A stretch of 64,000 bases of DNA from Verrucomicrobiales bacterium (GCA_028293375.1 JAQGOY010000244.1:3927-67926); one strand, 5' to 3'. Positions 18,154 to 30,600 are shown, counted from the stretch's first letter. Numbers and translations: made by a program. Notes: generated by a model from the sequence alone, not told the origin.

Positions 18154-19425
18154 ATGGCAGAACTAGTTGGAAATCTTTTGGTGGCCCAGTCAGGTGGACC
18201 TACCTGCGCAATCAACGCCAGTATCGCTGGTGTGATTCAGGAAGCCGGTAAACACGAAATCATCCAGGAAATTTACGGGGGTTTGAACGGGATCCTTGGT
18301 ATTCTTAATGAGGAGCTTATCGATATTAACGACGAAATGGCCAAGACCATCGAAGGCCTCAAACATACCCCTGCTGCCGCCCTCGGGACTTGTCGTTACA
18401 AAATTGATTTTAAGAAAAAGCCTGAAAAAGCTGCCAAAGACATGGACCGGCTTTTTGAAATCTTCCAGGCCCACAACATTCGCTATTTTTTCTACGCCGG
18501 GGGTAACGATTCCCAGGACACCGCGCACAAAATCCACGAGGAATGTATAAAACGTAACTTTGAAGTGCGCGTCATCGGCGTTCCCAAAACCATTGATAAC
18601 GACCTTCCCCATACCGATCACTGCCCCGGTTATGGCTCTGTCATCAAGTATAACGCCGCTACTGTTATGGAAATCGCCACCGATGTGGGCTCCATGGCTA
18701 CCGACGACGGTTCATGCTGCATCATTGAAGTCATGGGACGTTCTGCCGGCTGGATTGCCGGGGGCGCTGCCCTCGCCAAGCGTCATCCCGATGATGCTCC
18801 GCATATCATTCTCCTTCCAGAAATCCCCTTCAACGAAGAAGGCTTTCTCGCCAAAGTCAAAGAAACCGTCGAGCGACTTAAATTCTGCATCGTTGTTGTC
18901 GGCGAAGGACTTAAGAAACCGGACGGCTCGGAATATAGCGCCGACAGTTCCAGGCTCGACTCTTTTGGCCATCCCGTGCTTAGTGGCGCTGCAGATCGCC
19001 TGGCCGAATTAGTCCAGGGCAAATTAAACACCAAGACCCGCACCGTAAAATTGGGATATGCACAGCGTTGCGCTGGCCATTATGCCAGCGCTACCGATAT
19101 TGCTGAAGCGGTCGCATGCGGCGAAGCGGCGGTCCGCGCTGCCATTAATGGCTCCAGCGGTTTCATGGTCAAAATAGTACGGACATCCTCTCATCCCTAC
19201 CGGTGGACCACTGGCATCCATGACCTTAAGGAAATTGCCAACGTGGAAAACTTTATTCCCCGCGATTGGATTACTCCGGACGGATTCATGGTGACCGAAA
19301 AGTTTATCGAATACGCTCGTCCCTTAATTGAAGGTGAAGTCGTGGTGCCCACCGAAGGCGGACTTCCCAAATACGCCGTTCTTAAAAAGCAACGCCTGGA
19401 TAAATTTCTGCCTCCCCGGGCATAA
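18154..19425 (+). CDS. pfp: 6-phosphofructokinase, predicted PPi-dependent (diphosphate--fructose-6-phosphate 1-phosphotransferase)
   Basis: PFK motifs: SGGPTCAINA, GGNDS (Asp at the position that is Gly in ATP-PFK GGDGS), PKTIDNDL (Lys in place of Gly) and VMGRSAGW. Start set at the ATG at 18154. Confidence 0.8.
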   Translation: MAELVGNLLVAQSGGPTCAINASIAGVIQEAGKHEIIQEIYGGLNGILGILNEELIDINDEMAKTIEGLKHTPAAALGTCRYKIDFKKKPEKAAKDMDRLFEIFQAHNIRYFFYAGGNDSQDTAHKIHEECIKRNFEVRVIGVPKTIDNDLPHTDHCPGYGSVIKYNAATVMEIATDVGSMATDDGSCCIIEVMGRSAGWIAGGAALAKRHPDDAPHIILLPEIPFNEEGFLAKVKETVERLKFCIVVVGEGLKKPDGSEYSADSSRLDSFGHPVLSGAADRLAELVQGKLNTKTRTVKLGYAQRCAGHYASATDIAEAVACGEAAVRAAINGSSGFMVKIVRTSSHPYRWTTGIHDLKEIANVENFIPRDWITPDGFMVTEKFIEYARPLIEGEVVVPTEGGLPKYAVLKKQRLDKFLPPRA

Positions 19426-19446
19426 ATTTCGACAACAATGTAAAAA

Positions 19447-19480
19447 GGCCCTGCCCACCCTGGCAGGGCCTTTTCTTTTC
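19447..19480 (+). terminator. Rho-independent terminator after pfp
   Basis: GGCCCTGCC-caccct-GGCAGGGCC followed by TTTTCTTTT. Confidence 0.75.
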
Positions 19481-19560
19481 CACCGGCTAAAATTCAGCAG
19501 GCAGCTTCGTTCTTTAATAATATCGGGAATCCAATAGGATGCCCTTGCACCAATTCCCTT

Positions 19561-20265
19561 ATGAAACGACCACTGCTCCACAGGTCTGCCATTTATTTCA
19601 ACTGCCTGCTCCTTTTCCTGGGATTCGCACTGACGACTGGGCTGGCCTCAGCCGCAGCCACCAACGTTTTTGAAAAGGACATAGTGGCTTTTGAAAACCA
19701 GGACCGAACAAACCCACCACCCCGTGGAACAATTCTGTTCGTCGGGGATTCGCAATTCACCCGCTGGAAAACGATTCATGAAGATTTGGCTGGTTACAAC
19801 TTGATCAATCGCGGATTTGGCGGTTCTCGAATGTCGGATTTGATTTTGTATACACAAAGGATCGTCACTCCTTACCACCCTCGACTCATCATCGTCAACG
19901 AGGGCGGGAATGATATCCACGAAGGACAAACGCCCGAAACCCTCTTGAATAATATGAAAACTTTCGTAGCCCAGGTGAGGGAAGAACTACCAGGCGTTCC
20001 CATTGCCTTCACCGGACTGGCCCCAAGCCCCGCCCGCATTTCCGAATCGGACGTCCGAAAACGATTCAACGAATTGCTCAAGAATTATGTCTCCTCAGAA
20101 AAAAATATTTTGTATATCGATCTTTTTGACAGCTACCTCGGCCTGGATGGAAAGCCGCGCGAGGAACTGTTTGTTGCAGATAAACTTCACCACAGCGCCG
20201 AAGGCTACAAAGTACGCGTAAAGGTCATGCGCCCCATTCTAGGAAAGCCTGACCGGACCGACTAA
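19561..20265 (+). CDS. Secreted SGNH/GDSL-family hydrolase
   Basis: Signal peptide followed by blocks I-V: FVGDSQ, NRGFGGSR, NEGGND and DKLHHSAEGY. Confidence 0.8.
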   Translation: MKRPLLHRSAIYFNCLLLFLGFALTTGLASAAATNVFEKDIVAFENQDRTNPPPRGTILFVGDSQFTRWKTIHEDLAGYNLINRGFGGSRMSDLILYTQRIVTPYHPRLIIVNEGGNDIHEGQTPETLLNNMKTFVAQVREELPGVPIAFTGLAPSPARISESDVRKRFNELLKNYVSSEKNILYIDLFDSYLGLDGKPREELFVADKLHHSAEGYKVRVKVMRPILGKPDRTD

Positions 20266-20723
20266 CGTCCCGTCGATTTCGTAATTTCAGGGACTGGAGC
20301 CCCAGGGTCATCGTTTTGGGTGGAGTTGCTCCCCGTGATGCCGACTTATCTCCCTCTAAATAAGTTTCCACCACGCGCCCGTTTTCCGTTCGCAGGTCCA
20401 TTTAGCCGTATGGACAACCCCTCGTGCCTTGATATATTTACCGATCGGTAGAAAAGCGCACGTTCACCAGATTGCCGGTGCTTGTCACCGATCATGTCGC
20501 AATCCATCAATGAATCGAGTAATCCGAACCTCCCTGACAAGGGATTTTCCTCAACTCAACAAATATTTCGAAAGAAATTCTGAAAGAATCGATTCACTCG
20601 TTACGTATATATAATAGAGATGATATTAATCGCGGATAACAACCATCACATACCCGGGAATTCCAAACAGGAGATAAGTCTCTTTAGGAGAGTCGCTCGT
20701 TTTTCCAGAGATAAGCAGCCCCT

Positions 20724-23384
20724 ATGCAAACGTTGAGAACGTTATTCGTCGAAGATAGACTGGAAGACGTAGAGCTAATTCGCATTATCGTGGCCTGCGA
20801 AGGGATTGAACTTCTTTCGACCGTGGTCATGGACATTTCTGACTTCGAGGCGCAACTTCAGAACGAGTGGGATATCATCCTTTGCGATTTCACTCTCGTT
20901 GGCTCCAATGCATTCGACTATCTGAAAATGGCTCGCTCCAAAGCCATCGATATCCCATTCGTGGTCATTTCAGGAAGCATCGGTGAGGAATTAGCGGTCG
21001 AATGCATCAAAGCGGGCGCAACCGACTGTATCCTCAAACATAATCTGAAAAGACTGGTCCAGGTCATCCGAAGGGCGATCGAACAGCAGCACGCCATCAG
21101 GGAGAGAAAAGCAGTAGAGCAAAAACTGAAAGAAGCCGAGACCCGATTTTCCAGGGCATTTCTTTTAAGCCCCGTGGCAACCTCCATATCCCTGCTAACC
21201 GAAGGCACCTTTTTAGACGTAAACGAAGCATGGCTCGTCATGTTTGGTTACACGCGGGAAGAGGTCATAGGAAAGAAAAGCACCGATCTCGGCATTTGGG
21301 CTGATCCCACACAACGTCTCAGGGTGGTCAAAGACCTGTTTAAATTCGGCAAGATCAAAGACGTGGAAGGCCGCTTCCGACACAAGGATGGCGGCTTCGG
21401 CGTGGGCTTATGTTCTGCAGAGACGATGGAGCTGGGAGGTCAGGCGTGTGCCATTTCGCTTTTTCATGACATCACCGAGCGCAAGGCAAGGGAAGACGCT
21501 TTAAAATTGAGCGAGTCCAGGTTTCGGCAGGCGTTTAAGCACGCCGCCGCCGGCATCGCTCTCACTAATCTTGATGGGTCGTTTATTTCTATTAATTCCA
21601 CTTATTGCAAAATACTTGGATACACCGAAGAGGAGATTCTCGATCCCTCATTCAGGCCCAGAACGCACCCCGCCGACATTGAGCCCCAGCGCATGCTCAT
21701 GGAGGATCTGCTTCACCACTCGCATCGCGGTTTCGTCATCGAGAAAAGGTATTACAATAAAACGGGCGAAATCGTCTGGGTAAGGAACAGTGTCTCGCTG
21801 AACGTCGGAGAAAACGGGGAACCACTGCACATCATTCGCCTGCTGGAAGACATCACCGAACGAAAAAGGGGAGAACAAACCATTCGGGAACAAGCCGCGC
21901 TGCTCGATAAGACCCAGGACGCAATCCTTGTCACCCAGCTGGATCACCGCTTGTATTTCGTGAACAAAGGGGCCGAGCGTCTGTATGGGTGGGATAAATC
22001 GGAAATGCTCGGAAAAAAACTTTCCGGGCTCGTTTTCAAAGATCCAAAGGTCTATGAGGAGGCTCTGGCTATTACAAAAAAACAGGGCGAATGGATTGGA
22101 ACTCTGGACCAGGTTAATCGAAGTGGAAAAGAGATATCGGTCGAAAGCAGGTGGACGCTCGTGCGCGATGAATCGGGTCAACCCGCTTCCATCCTTTCCA
22201 TCAACACCGATGTCACCGAAAAGAAGCGGGTCGAGGCACAGTATTTCAGGGCGCAACGCCTCGAAAGCCTTGGAACTTTGGCAAGCGGTATCGCTCACGA
22301 TCTCAATAATGTCCTCTCGCCTATTCTTATGTCCATCGGTTTGCTAAAGGAGGATGCGGCATATGCAACTAACTTGCGGATATTGGAAACCATTGAGTTG
22401 AGCGCGCTTCGAGGCGCCGACATGGTCAAGCAGGTTTTGTCTTTCGCAAGGGGTGTGGAAGGAAAACGTCTTTTGATAGAACCGGGTGACCTCATCAGGG
22501 ACGTATTACGCATCTTGCGCGACACCTTTCCAAAAAGCATCGCTCTGAGAACCAAAATATCGGGTCGCGCCTGGAGTTGCCGCGGAGATACCACCCAACT
22601 GCATCAGGTGTTGTTGAATTTATGCGTGAATGCGCGCGATGCCATGCCTGGAGGTGGAACCCTCACTATGTCCGCTGAAAACCTGACCATTGACGATCAA
22701 TATGCCTCCATACCCTCCCACGCCAAACCGGGAAATTATCTGTTGTTAACCGTTTCAGATACCGGGGTGGGTATTCCACCTGCCCTGAAAGAGCGCATCT
22801 TTGAACCTTTTTTCACCACCAAAGAACAAGGAAAAGGGACCGGCCTCGGGTTGGCAACCGTACAGACCATTGTCATGAGTCATGGAGGTTTTGTAACCGT
22901 TTATAGCGAACCGGGTCAGGGAACTGTTTTTCGGATTCACCTGCCTGCTCAATCCAATCCAGGTAGCGATACGAAACAGAATTTGGAAGCCGAATTTTTC
23001 CGGGGCGCTGGTGAAACTATTCTGGTGGTCGATGACGAAGCCTCGATTTTGAATATCACCCAACGAACCCTCGAGGCATTCGGCTATCAGGTCCTGGTCG
23101 CAAATGATGGAACAGAAGCTTTGGCTATCTTTGCCGAGCAGGGAAATAAAATCGCGGTGGTCTTGACCGACATGATGATGCCTTTTCTGGATGGGCCGTC
23201 CACTATCCAGATCCTCAGAAAGATGAAGCCCAAACTCAATATTATTGCCACCAGCGGCTTGAGCCAGCAGTTCAATTTTGGTCAGGAAACCGAAGAAGGA
23301 GTGACACGGTTCCTTTCAAAACCGTATACCTCTCAAATCCTCCTCAAAACCCTTCACGAGATTTTGCACCCGTCCCCCACCTAA
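20724..23384 (+). CDS. Hybrid sensor histidine kinase (REC - 3x PAS - HisKA - HATPase_c - REC)
   Basis: N-terminal receiver ([15 protein letters not shown]), PAS repeats ending in ...DITERK, H-box IAHDLNN, N box [12 protein letters not shown] boxes DTGVGI and GTGLGL, and a C-terminal receiver ([14 protein letters not shown]). Confidence 0.9.
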   Translation: MQTLRTLFVEDRLEDVELIRIIVACEGIELLSTVVMDISDFEAQLQNEWDIILCDFTLVGSNAFDYLKMARSKAIDIPFVVISGSIGEELAVECIKAGATDCILKHNLKRLVQVIRRAIEQQHAIRERKAVEQKLKEAETRFSRAFLLSPVATSISLLTEGTFLDVNEAWLVMFGYTREEVIGKKSTDLGIWADPTQRLRVVKDLFKFGKIKDVEGRFRHKDGGFGVGLCSAETMELGGQACAISLFHDITERKAREDALKLSESRFRQAFKHAAAGIALTNLDGSFISINSTYCKILGYTEEEILDPSFRPRTHPADIEPQRMLMEDLLHHSHRGFVIEKRYYNKTGEIVWVRNSVSLNVGENGEPLHIIRLLEDITERKRGEQTIREQAALLDKTQDAILVTQLDHRLYFVNKGAERLYGWDKSEMLGKKLSGLVFKDPKVYEEALAITKKQGEWIGTLDQVNRSGKEISVESRWTLVRDESGQPASILSINTDVTEKKRVEAQYFRAQRLESLGTLASGIAHDLNNVLSPILMSIGLLKEDAAYATNLRILETIELSALRGADMVKQVLSFARGVEGKRLLIEPGDLIRDVLRILRDTFPKSIALRTKISGRAWSCRGDTTQLHQVLLNLCVNARDAMPGGGTLTMSAENLTIDDQYASIPSHAKPGNYLLLTVSDTGVGIPPALKERIFEPFFTTKEQGKGTGLGLATVQTIVMSHGGFVTVYSEPGQGTVFRIHLPAQSNPGSDTKQNLEAEFFRGAGETILVVDDEASILNITQRTLEAFGYQVLVANDGTEALAIFAEQGNKIAVVLTDMMMPFLDGPSTIQILRKMKPKLNIIATSGLSQQFNFGQETEEGVTRFLSKPYTSQILLKTLHEILHPSPT

Positions 23385-23480
23385 GCCAGATCCATCTTTA
23401 GGCACCCAAACCAATTCACTTTTTTCTTGGCAGCGCTCGGGACGCGGGTATTAATCCTATAATACCAAACCCTACTGCCT

Positions 23481-26144
23481 ATGAGAAAAAGCCTTAGAAA
23501 CCACTTCGTTTTCCCGAAAAGATTGGTGCGCCGTCTGATCTGCGTTTCTTTTTCCCTTGCTGCTTTGGGGTCCGCCAGAGCTTTGGAATCCACAAACACT
23601 TCCAGCGAACCGCCTCTGCCCCTTGGCGTGGGCGAGAACAACACCATCTCTATTCCCAAATCGGCCATGGGTAAGGAATATTTGTTATCCGGCTCCGTCA
23701 TCCCGCAGGTGCAGGCGGCCACCAGCACCGGCCTGGCTGGAAAGATCGTGCGATTTGAACTCTATCATGACGGGGTCGATCTCTATGAATCAAGCGTGGG
23801 AGCCGTCGTTACCCAGGATCTACCTTCAAGAAGACTGCTCACCACCTTTCCAATCGTTTCCCAAAGCGGCGACAAAGTAGTCATCGATTTTAACAAAGGA
23901 ATGAACCGCGTTTTTACGGAATCGTGGATTGGTGGCGGTCCTTTCAACGCAGCCAACCTGTCGCGCACCCTTGAACTGCCACAAAGCCGGGTATTCGAAG
24001 TCAAAACTGATGGCGACCAATTGATCATTCGCCAGAACGCGAGCGTCCGCGATCGGCAATTGGACCAGAATCGCGAAGAACGCTACGAAATTCGTTATTT
24101 CCTGACCCCCTATCGGAAACTGGATGGCGGGGGCAAAGAACAAAAAGGGTCCGAACTTCGTTACGCGCGGTTCTTTGAAACCGGAGGCTTGTTGGAAACG
24201 ACCACCGGACGCGTTATCACCAAGATGTCCAGGTTCAGCCTCAAAGACCCCATTACTTTTTATTATAGCGCAAACACCCCAAAGGAGTATGTCCAGGCGG
24301 TGAAGGACGGAATTCTCTATTGGAATCGTTGCTTCGGCAAAGATCTCATCAAAGCTGAAAAAGGTCCGGATGGCGTGACCGCCCCTGATGCCGGGCACAA
24401 CCTCGTTCAGTGGGTTCCCTGGGATAGCGCCGGCTCTGCCTACGCTGATCTTCTCATTGATCCTCGCACCGGCGCCGCTCAGCGCGGCCAGGCCTACATG
24501 ACCAGCGTCTTTGGAATTGGTGGTAAAAGCCGCGCCCGCGGCTTGCTTCGCCAGATGCGGATGATCGCAGAAGCCAAAGACGAAAAAGCTGACGGTACTG
24601 CCGGCAATGTTGTCGCGCAGATGTTTCCTTCCTCTTCCCTTTGCCAGAATGACGCGCAGGCTTTTGCCGCCCAGATGGCCAACGGGCTGGAAACCCTGCT
24701 TTCCGATGAGAACGCACAGGATGCGGCTGTTTTGCGAGCATCCCAGGATTATGTAAGGCAAGTTGTGGCTCACGAAGTCGGGCACGTCCTTGGATTGAGG
24801 CATAATTTCGCCGGAAGCCTCGCCGCCAACGTCACTCACAAGGAAATGGACGACTGGTTCCGCGCATACCTCGCCAAAGATGAAGCCACCCTGGGCGCTG
24901 ACAAAATTCCCACCTCTTCAGTGATGGAATACACCGTGCTTAAAGCTTCTGTTTTTGTCGGATATAAAATCCGCACCACCAAGGAGCCCCTGCCCCACGA
25001 TAAAGCTGCCATCCAATGGGGCTACTTCGATGGCACTGAACCGCACGATAAAAAAATGTTGTTCGGTACTGACCAGGACGTGGCGAAATATGGCGATCTT
25101 CAGCGATTTGATTTTGGGTCTGAGCCTGTCGTTAGCGCCTATGCGGACCTGGCGGATGAAATCAAAAATTTGCCCAGCAGCATTATCGAGACTTACATCC
25201 AGGCGAAAGCTCCCCGTGACCCTCGAGACAAAAAGCCATTGGAAGAAGTCAGCTTGAATGTGACTCCGTACGCTAACACTCTAGCCAGCCATTATGGTCA
25301 AATGTTGAGTTGGTACAAGGCTTCAACCCGTTCGCTAAAAATCGAGAACGACTTCGAATTTGTGGGCGAACTTAACCATCGTGAAATCGTCAAAGCCCAT
25401 TGGAAAAGCCTGAACGATCAATTGGAAAAAATCGGCGGAGTGGATCGCGCCGCTTTCGCTTTCATGCCAGTGGATTTAAAATTGGAGCTGAAGGGCGAAC
25501 CGAAGGATGTAAATGCCGCAGAAAAAATTGACCCGCGCAAATTGAGCGAACGACTTGCCAAATTGCTGGATTCTCCTGCCTACAAATCTTTCGTCGGCCT
25601 GGACGACAAAACCAACAGTTTCACCAAGGCGGAAAAGGACATCATTATCGCCCAGGGGAAAAAGTTCTTTGAAGAATTTGAAAAGGAATCCCTGAAAAAG
25701 ACCTGCCAGGCATTGGAAAAAGCAGGACGCGACCTTGGGTCCGAGGCGAATGAAGCAGTCGGCGATGAAGATGCCACGGCTAAATTGGAAAGACGAATTA
25801 TTGATTTGGCCAAACTGGTAATCATGACCAAAGACGAAGGCAAACATCACAAAGGTAAAGTCGACAAGGGCCTCGTTGAAGTCGTCGATTACAAATATGA
25901 TCAGGAGACGAGATTGAGCGCGGCACGATGTTTAGCCGATGGCATAGGCAGTTTCAAAGGCTGGTCAGTTGATGCCAAAGGCGACCTGAACAAGCAGCTG
26001 AAAGATGAAGTGGAGTCGGCGCTGAACATCCAAAACTTCAAGGATTTTCAGGAAGGCAGCCTATCCCGCACCTTGCGCGAATGGTACCTTAACCAGCAGG
26101 CCATTTTGGCTCTGCTGCCTCCCAAAAAACCTGGAGCCAAGTAA
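23481..26144 (+). CDS. Secreted zinc-dependent metalloprotease (HExxHxxGxxH zincin)
   Basis: 887 aa with a signal peptide and the catalytic motif VAHEVGHVLGLRHNF. Confidence 0.8.
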   Translation: MRKSLRNHFVFPKRLVRRLICVSFSLAALGSARALESTNTSSEPPLPLGVGENNTISIPKSAMGKEYLLSGSVIPQVQAATSTGLAGKIVRFELYHDGVDLYESSVGAVVTQDLPSRRLLTTFPIVSQSGDKVVIDFNKGMNRVFTESWIGGGPFNAANLSRTLELPQSRVFEVKTDGDQLIIRQNASVRDRQLDQNREERYEIRYFLTPYRKLDGGGKEQKGSELRYARFFETGGLLETTTGRVITKMSRFSLKDPITFYYSANTPKEYVQAVKDGILYWNRCFGKDLIKAEKGPDGVTAPDAGHNLVQWVPWDSAGSAYADLLIDPRTGAAQRGQAYMTSVFGIGGKSRARGLLRQMRMIAEAKDEKADGTAGNVVAQMFPSSSLCQNDAQAFAAQMANGLETLLSDENAQDAAVLRASQDYVRQVVAHEVGHVLGLRHNFAGSLAANVTHKEMDDWFRAYLAKDEATLGADKIPTSSVMEYTVLKASVFVGYKIRTTKEPLPHDKAAIQWGYFDGTEPHDKKMLFGTDQDVAKYGDLQRFDFGSEPVVSAYADLADEIKNLPSSIIETYIQAKAPRDPRDKKPLEEVSLNVTPYANTLASHYGQMLSWYKASTRSLKIENDFEFVGELNHREIVKAHWKSLNDQLEKIGGVDRAAFAFMPVDLKLELKGEPKDVNAAEKIDPRKLSERLAKLLDSPAYKSFVGLDDKTNSFTKAEKDIIIAQGKKFFEEFEKESLKKTCQALEKAGRDLGSEANEAVGDEDATAKLERRIIDLAKLVIMTKDEGKHHKGKVDKGLVEVVDYKYDQETRLSAARCLADGIGSFKGWSVDAKGDLNKQLKDEVESALNIQNFKDFQEGSLSRTLREWYLNQQAILALLPPKKPGAK

Positions 26145-26150
26145 ATATTC

Positions 26151-27608
26151 TCAGGCAATAACAGGATCAATCGCTTTCCCGGCTATCCCGGTAAGGCGAA
26201 TATCCAGACCCTGGAACTTAATGGATAGGCGGGTATGCTCTACGCCAAGAAGTTTCAGCATGGTGGCGTGCAAATCATGAACATCCACCACGTTCTCCAC
26301 CGCTGAATAACCAAGTTCGTCCGTCGCTCCAAACACGGTTCCACCCTTCACGCCGCCTCCCGCCAGCCAAACACTGAAACCGGCATTATGATGATCGCGT
26401 CCATCTCCCCCCTGGCTCATGGGAGTGCGCCCAAACTCTCCTGCCCAGACGATGAGTGTGTCATCCAGCATGCCCCGCTGTTTCAAGTCCGTAATCAGCG
26501 CCATGCATGCACGATCCACCTCCGCCGCTTTTAGTGCGATTCCGTCTTTCACCCCGCCATGATGATCCCAATCCTTATGATACAATTGAATGAACCGCAC
26601 GCCACGCTCCGCTAGTCTGCGGGCCAGGAGGCAATTGGACGCAAAAGACCCATCACCCGGCTGGCAACCGTAAAGATCCAATGTTTTTTGTGATTCCTTT
26701 TTGGTTTCCATCAACTCTGGCACACTGGCCTGCATCTTAAATGCCATCTCATATTGGGCAATCCGTGTAGCGATTTCGGGATCGTCCGCCACCGCATCGT
26801 ATCGGGTATTGATCTTGTTCACGGCGTCAATCACATCGCGTTGCTGGCTTCGGGTGACTCCTGGGGGATTGCCAAGGTACAAGACAGGGTCGCCCTTGCC
26901 CCGCAAGTGAACGCCCTGAAAGCGGCTGGGGAGCAGGCCCGCAGCCCATTGGCGAGCCGCAATCGGTTGATTCTGTCCACCCTTGCCAAGGGAAGTGAGG
27001 ACCACGAAACCTGGCAGATCCTCCGCCTCGCAGCCGAGACCGTAAACTGCCCATGAACCCATGCTGGGCCTGCCTGCAATCTGGGAACCGGTGTTCATGA
27101 ACATATGAGCCGGATCATGGTTGATCGCTTCCGTGGTCATCGAACGAATGAGACAGATGTCGTCCATCACCGAGCCAATTTGCGGAAAGAGCTCACAGAT
27201 TTCCGCCTGGCTTTTGCCGAACTTCTTAAATTTATGCTGAGGTCCAAAACAGAGAAGCTTGGCCCCCTGCAATTGCGCGATCTGTTTTCCTGCCGTGAAG
27301 GACTCGGGCATCGGTTGCCCATGCATTGCGGCCAGCTTGGGTTTGTAATCAAATGTCTCCAGATGCGAAGGTCCTCCTGCCATCGTCAACCAGATCACCC
27401 GTTTTGCCTTGATGGGAAAATGAGGAGGATGAACTACTCCGGGCCACTTGTCGTTCGCTGCCCGGGGCGCCGCGGCGACTGCATTTGAAAGAAGACTCGG
27501 CCCAAGCAGGGACGCCAGGGCAATTTTACCGACGCCATGAGCAGCCCGACCCAAAAAAACTCTTCGACTGGTTTTCTCGTCCGCAAAATAGATATGTGGA
27601 GAACTCAT
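26151..27608 (-). CDS. DUF1501-domain protein (sulfatase-fold, Tat signal)
   Basis: Twin-arginine leader TSRRVFLGRAA. Characteristic motifs include HDPAHMFMNTG, DHHGG and GRDHH. Paired with the upstream DUF1549/DUF1553 gene. Confidence 0.9.
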   Translation of the reverse strand: MSSPHIYFADEKTSRRVFLGRAAHGVGKIALASLLGPSLLSNAVAAAPRAANDKWPGVVHPPHFPIKAKRVIWLTMAGGPSHLETFDYKPKLAAMHGQPMPESFTAGKQIAQLQGAKLLCFGPQHKFKKFGKSQAEICELFPQIGSVMDDICLIRSMTTEAINHDPAHMFMNTGSQIAGRPSMGSWAVYGLGCEAEDLPGFVVLTSLGKGGQNQPIAARQWAAGLLPSRFQGVHLRGKGDPVLYLGNPPGVTRSQQRDVIDAVNKINTRYDAVADDPEIATRIAQYEMAFKMQASVPELMETKKESQKTLDLYGCQPGDGSFASNCLLARRLAERGVRFIQLYHKDWDHHGGVKDGIALKAAEVDRACMALITDLKQRGMLDDTLIVWAGEFGRTPMSQGGDGRDHHNAGFSVWLAGGGVKGGTVFGATDELGYSAVENVVDVHDLHATMLKLLGVEHTRLSIKFQGLDIRLTGIAGKAIDPVIA

Positions 27609-27628
27609 AATTCAAATATCAACCGCTA

Positions 27629-30600
27629 TCAATTTCGCGTTACCGTTTCGTGAAGGTTTAGAATCACGCGGCAGACACTCGTCCATGCCGCCAGTTCAAC
27701 AGGATCAATTCCATCCGGGTTCGGGGCCAGACCAACGTGTATGACCAATTTAGCCGCTTCTGGATCGCTGTAATATTCGGCTAGCTGACGGCCCACCAGA
27801 TCACGGCTTATCTTTATTTCGTCGGTTCTTGGAAGGCGTCCAAGTGCCTGTTTCCACGCCCAATTGATCCGTGTACTCATCTCTTTGCCCCCGAACTGGA
27901 TGACCCGAGCGGCCAGCGCCCTGGAGGCTTCCACGTAGCTTGGATCGTTCAGCAAAGCGAGCGCTTGTTGTGGGATATTTGATCGATTTCTTTCAGCAAC
28001 GCATTCCTCCCTGGTCGGTGCATCAAACGCGACCATGCTCGGATGCAGGTAGGATCGCTGCCACCAGGTATAAATTCCACGTCGATACTGGTCGTCGCCC
28101 GTACTTTTTTCCCAGGTCCTGACAGGAAAGTTCAGGTTTTCCCAGTACCCATCCGGTTGGTAAGGCTTGACGCTGGGGCCTCCTATTTTCTCGACCAGCA
28201 ACCCGGAAATCGCCAGGGCATTGTCGCGCACCAGTTCGGCCTCCAACCGCCACCTGCCCTGCGCCGAGAACTCCCGGTTTTGAGGATCCACCGCCAACGC
28301 TTTTCCCGACATGACTGAGCTCTGTCGATAGGTCCTGCTGGTGACCAGAAGCTTGACCATATGTTTTAAATCCCATTCGCTCTCCATGAACTCACAGGAG
28401 AGCCAATCGAGAAGAGCCTGGTTCTTTGGCGATTCTCCCTGCGCGCCAAAATCATCCAGCGACTTGGCCAACCCTGCTCCGAAAAACTCTTTCCAAAGTC
28501 GGTTCATCGTCACCCGAGCAGTCAGTGGATTTTCTTTGGCAATCAACCAATCCGCTAGGTCGAGCCGCGTGAGTTGCGGTTTTTCATACTTTTGCCACGA
28601 GGCCTTAAGGTAACCGGGAAATGCCGGCTTCACTTTTTCGCCAGTCTCCACCAGGAAATTCCCACGGGGAAGAATTCGAACAGTCCTTGGATTGGGCTCG
28701 GAAACCGAGACAAGACAACGCGGCACGGTCGCTTCAAAATCAGTTTTCGATTTTTTGGCTCCTGCGATTTCCTGCCGCAGGCTCATCAGTTCCGTCGCCT
28801 GCTTTTTGTATTCATCCCAAAGTTTATCCTTCTGCGCCTGGTTCCGCTTCTCAGGCGCCAGGGCTGCAATATCGGCGATTTCTTTAGTTGGTGAAACCGG
28901 GATTTTATTGGTCAAAGCCTCGGGATTCGACGTTGCACCCAGCCGAAAGTGCCCAAGGGTGTGGCTGCCGTGTCCATGGTTTTGCACCAATTCTATCTTT
29001 AACGTGTCACCCGTTTTGAACTCCAGTGGAGTTTCAATTTCCAATTGAAGCTGCTGCCTCCGCGCCACTTCCGGCAGGATCGCCCAGCCTGTCGAATCTT
29101 CCCTGGCATTTGCATCCAGCACAGAGGCTGCGCTCCACAATTTATAAGGATTGCTTTCTGCGGCGACTGATTGTTCGAAGCTCGCGCGAGCAGAATGAAA
29201 ACTCACGGGTTCCGTGGTTCCATCCCCATGCTGCACGACCGCACGAATCCGAGTTAAAACAAAGTTTCCGTTGTTGGCCCGACCCGGCCCCTTGGCCGGC
29301 AAAGAGTCGTCCGGCAATGCTTCGATCCGCAACCCTCTCACCACTCCAGAAAGGTTTGTCAGGGTGATCGCGTAGGTGTCTTTTTCAGGCTTCTTCTTTC
29401 CAGATGCAAGAATGGATTGATCGGATTTAATGTCCAGTTTGACCCCTTCAGCAGATTCCGCGCTAGAAGGCGTTAAGGCAGCCCAAAGTCGATCTCTTTC
29501 AACTGCGGAAGTTTGTTCCCGCTCCCAGGTGGCAAAGGAGTCCTTTAATTCTGGATGTGGCCCGTTGTATTGCGCTTCGAGGCCCGTCAGTTTCGATTCC
29601 CATTTTACCAACTCATCCGCCTGCGCCTGGTCCTTCGGAACGAACATCCCGGGTTCGCGCGCTCCAATAATCGGCTCCTTGATGTCAGCAAAAAATGCGC
29701 CCATGGAATAGAAATCATGGGAAGTGATCGGATCAAATTTGTGGTCGTGACACTGGGCGCAACCAATCGTCTGACCCAGCCAGACTGCGCCAATGGCTCG
29801 CACCCGGTCAGTCAACATCCGGGCCTCGTAATCCTTTGCCTGCGCGCCCCCTTCTTCGGTCGAAAGAAGCAATCGGTTAAAGGCAGAGGCCACTTTTTGA
29901 TCCAGGGTCGAATTTGGCAGAAGATCACCAGCCAGTTGTTCACGAGTGAAAACATCAAACGGTTTGTTTTCATTAAAGGATCGGATCACATAATCGCGGT
30001 AAGGCCAAATGTTCCGACCCGTGTCGGAGTGATATCCGATGGTATCGGCAAATCGAACCACATCCAACCACGCGATGGCGCGTCTCTCACCGTAATGGGG
30101 CGAGGCCAACAGCTTTTCAATCAACTCGGGGTACGCGTTTAATGACTTGTTCTGAACAAAACCATCCACCTCTTCCGGTTTGGGCGGCACACCAATTAGA
30201 TCAAGATACAATCTGCGAACAAGCGTCCTGCGATCCGCTTCGGCCGCGGGCACAAGCCCTATCGATTTCAATCTTTGCTGCACCAAATAGTCGATTGGAT
30301 TTGATTTCGCGGGAATAGCCGGACGCACAGGGAGTTGGTAAGCCCAGTGACCTTCGTAGGTTGACCCTTCCGCAATCCATCGTTTCAAAAGCTCTTTCTG
30401 TGCAGGACTCAATTTTTTATTCGAGTCGGGAGGAGGCATCAGTTCCTCCGGATCCGCAGAAAAAATACGACGCACGACTTCGCTTTTGTCAGGCTTCCCC
30501 GGAACGAAAGCTTCCTTTTTCAGCGCCTCTTCGCGCACATCCAGACGCATCTTGGCTTTGCGATGACTCGCATCAGGACCATGGCAGTAAAAACAATTGT

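Noticed and set aside
20265-20724. 460-bp spacer upstream of the hybrid kinase, with the palindrome ACCGATCGGT and small ORFs 20346..20540 and 20429..20614
   Set aside because: The palindrome is short, and the ORFs overlap each other on opposite strands with no motifs. There is not enough evidence for a feature.
23826-24839. 337-aa antisense ORF inside the metalloprotease gene. Similar long antisense ORFs occur at 52233..53489, 54756..55886, 21648..22298, 32628..33347, 36126..36788, 56262..56891, 58163..58747 and 48094..48765.
   Set aside because: Each lies fully inside a gene with clear family motifs on the opposite strand. Their products are Arg/Ser/Pro-rich, motif-free sequences typical of shadow ORFs.
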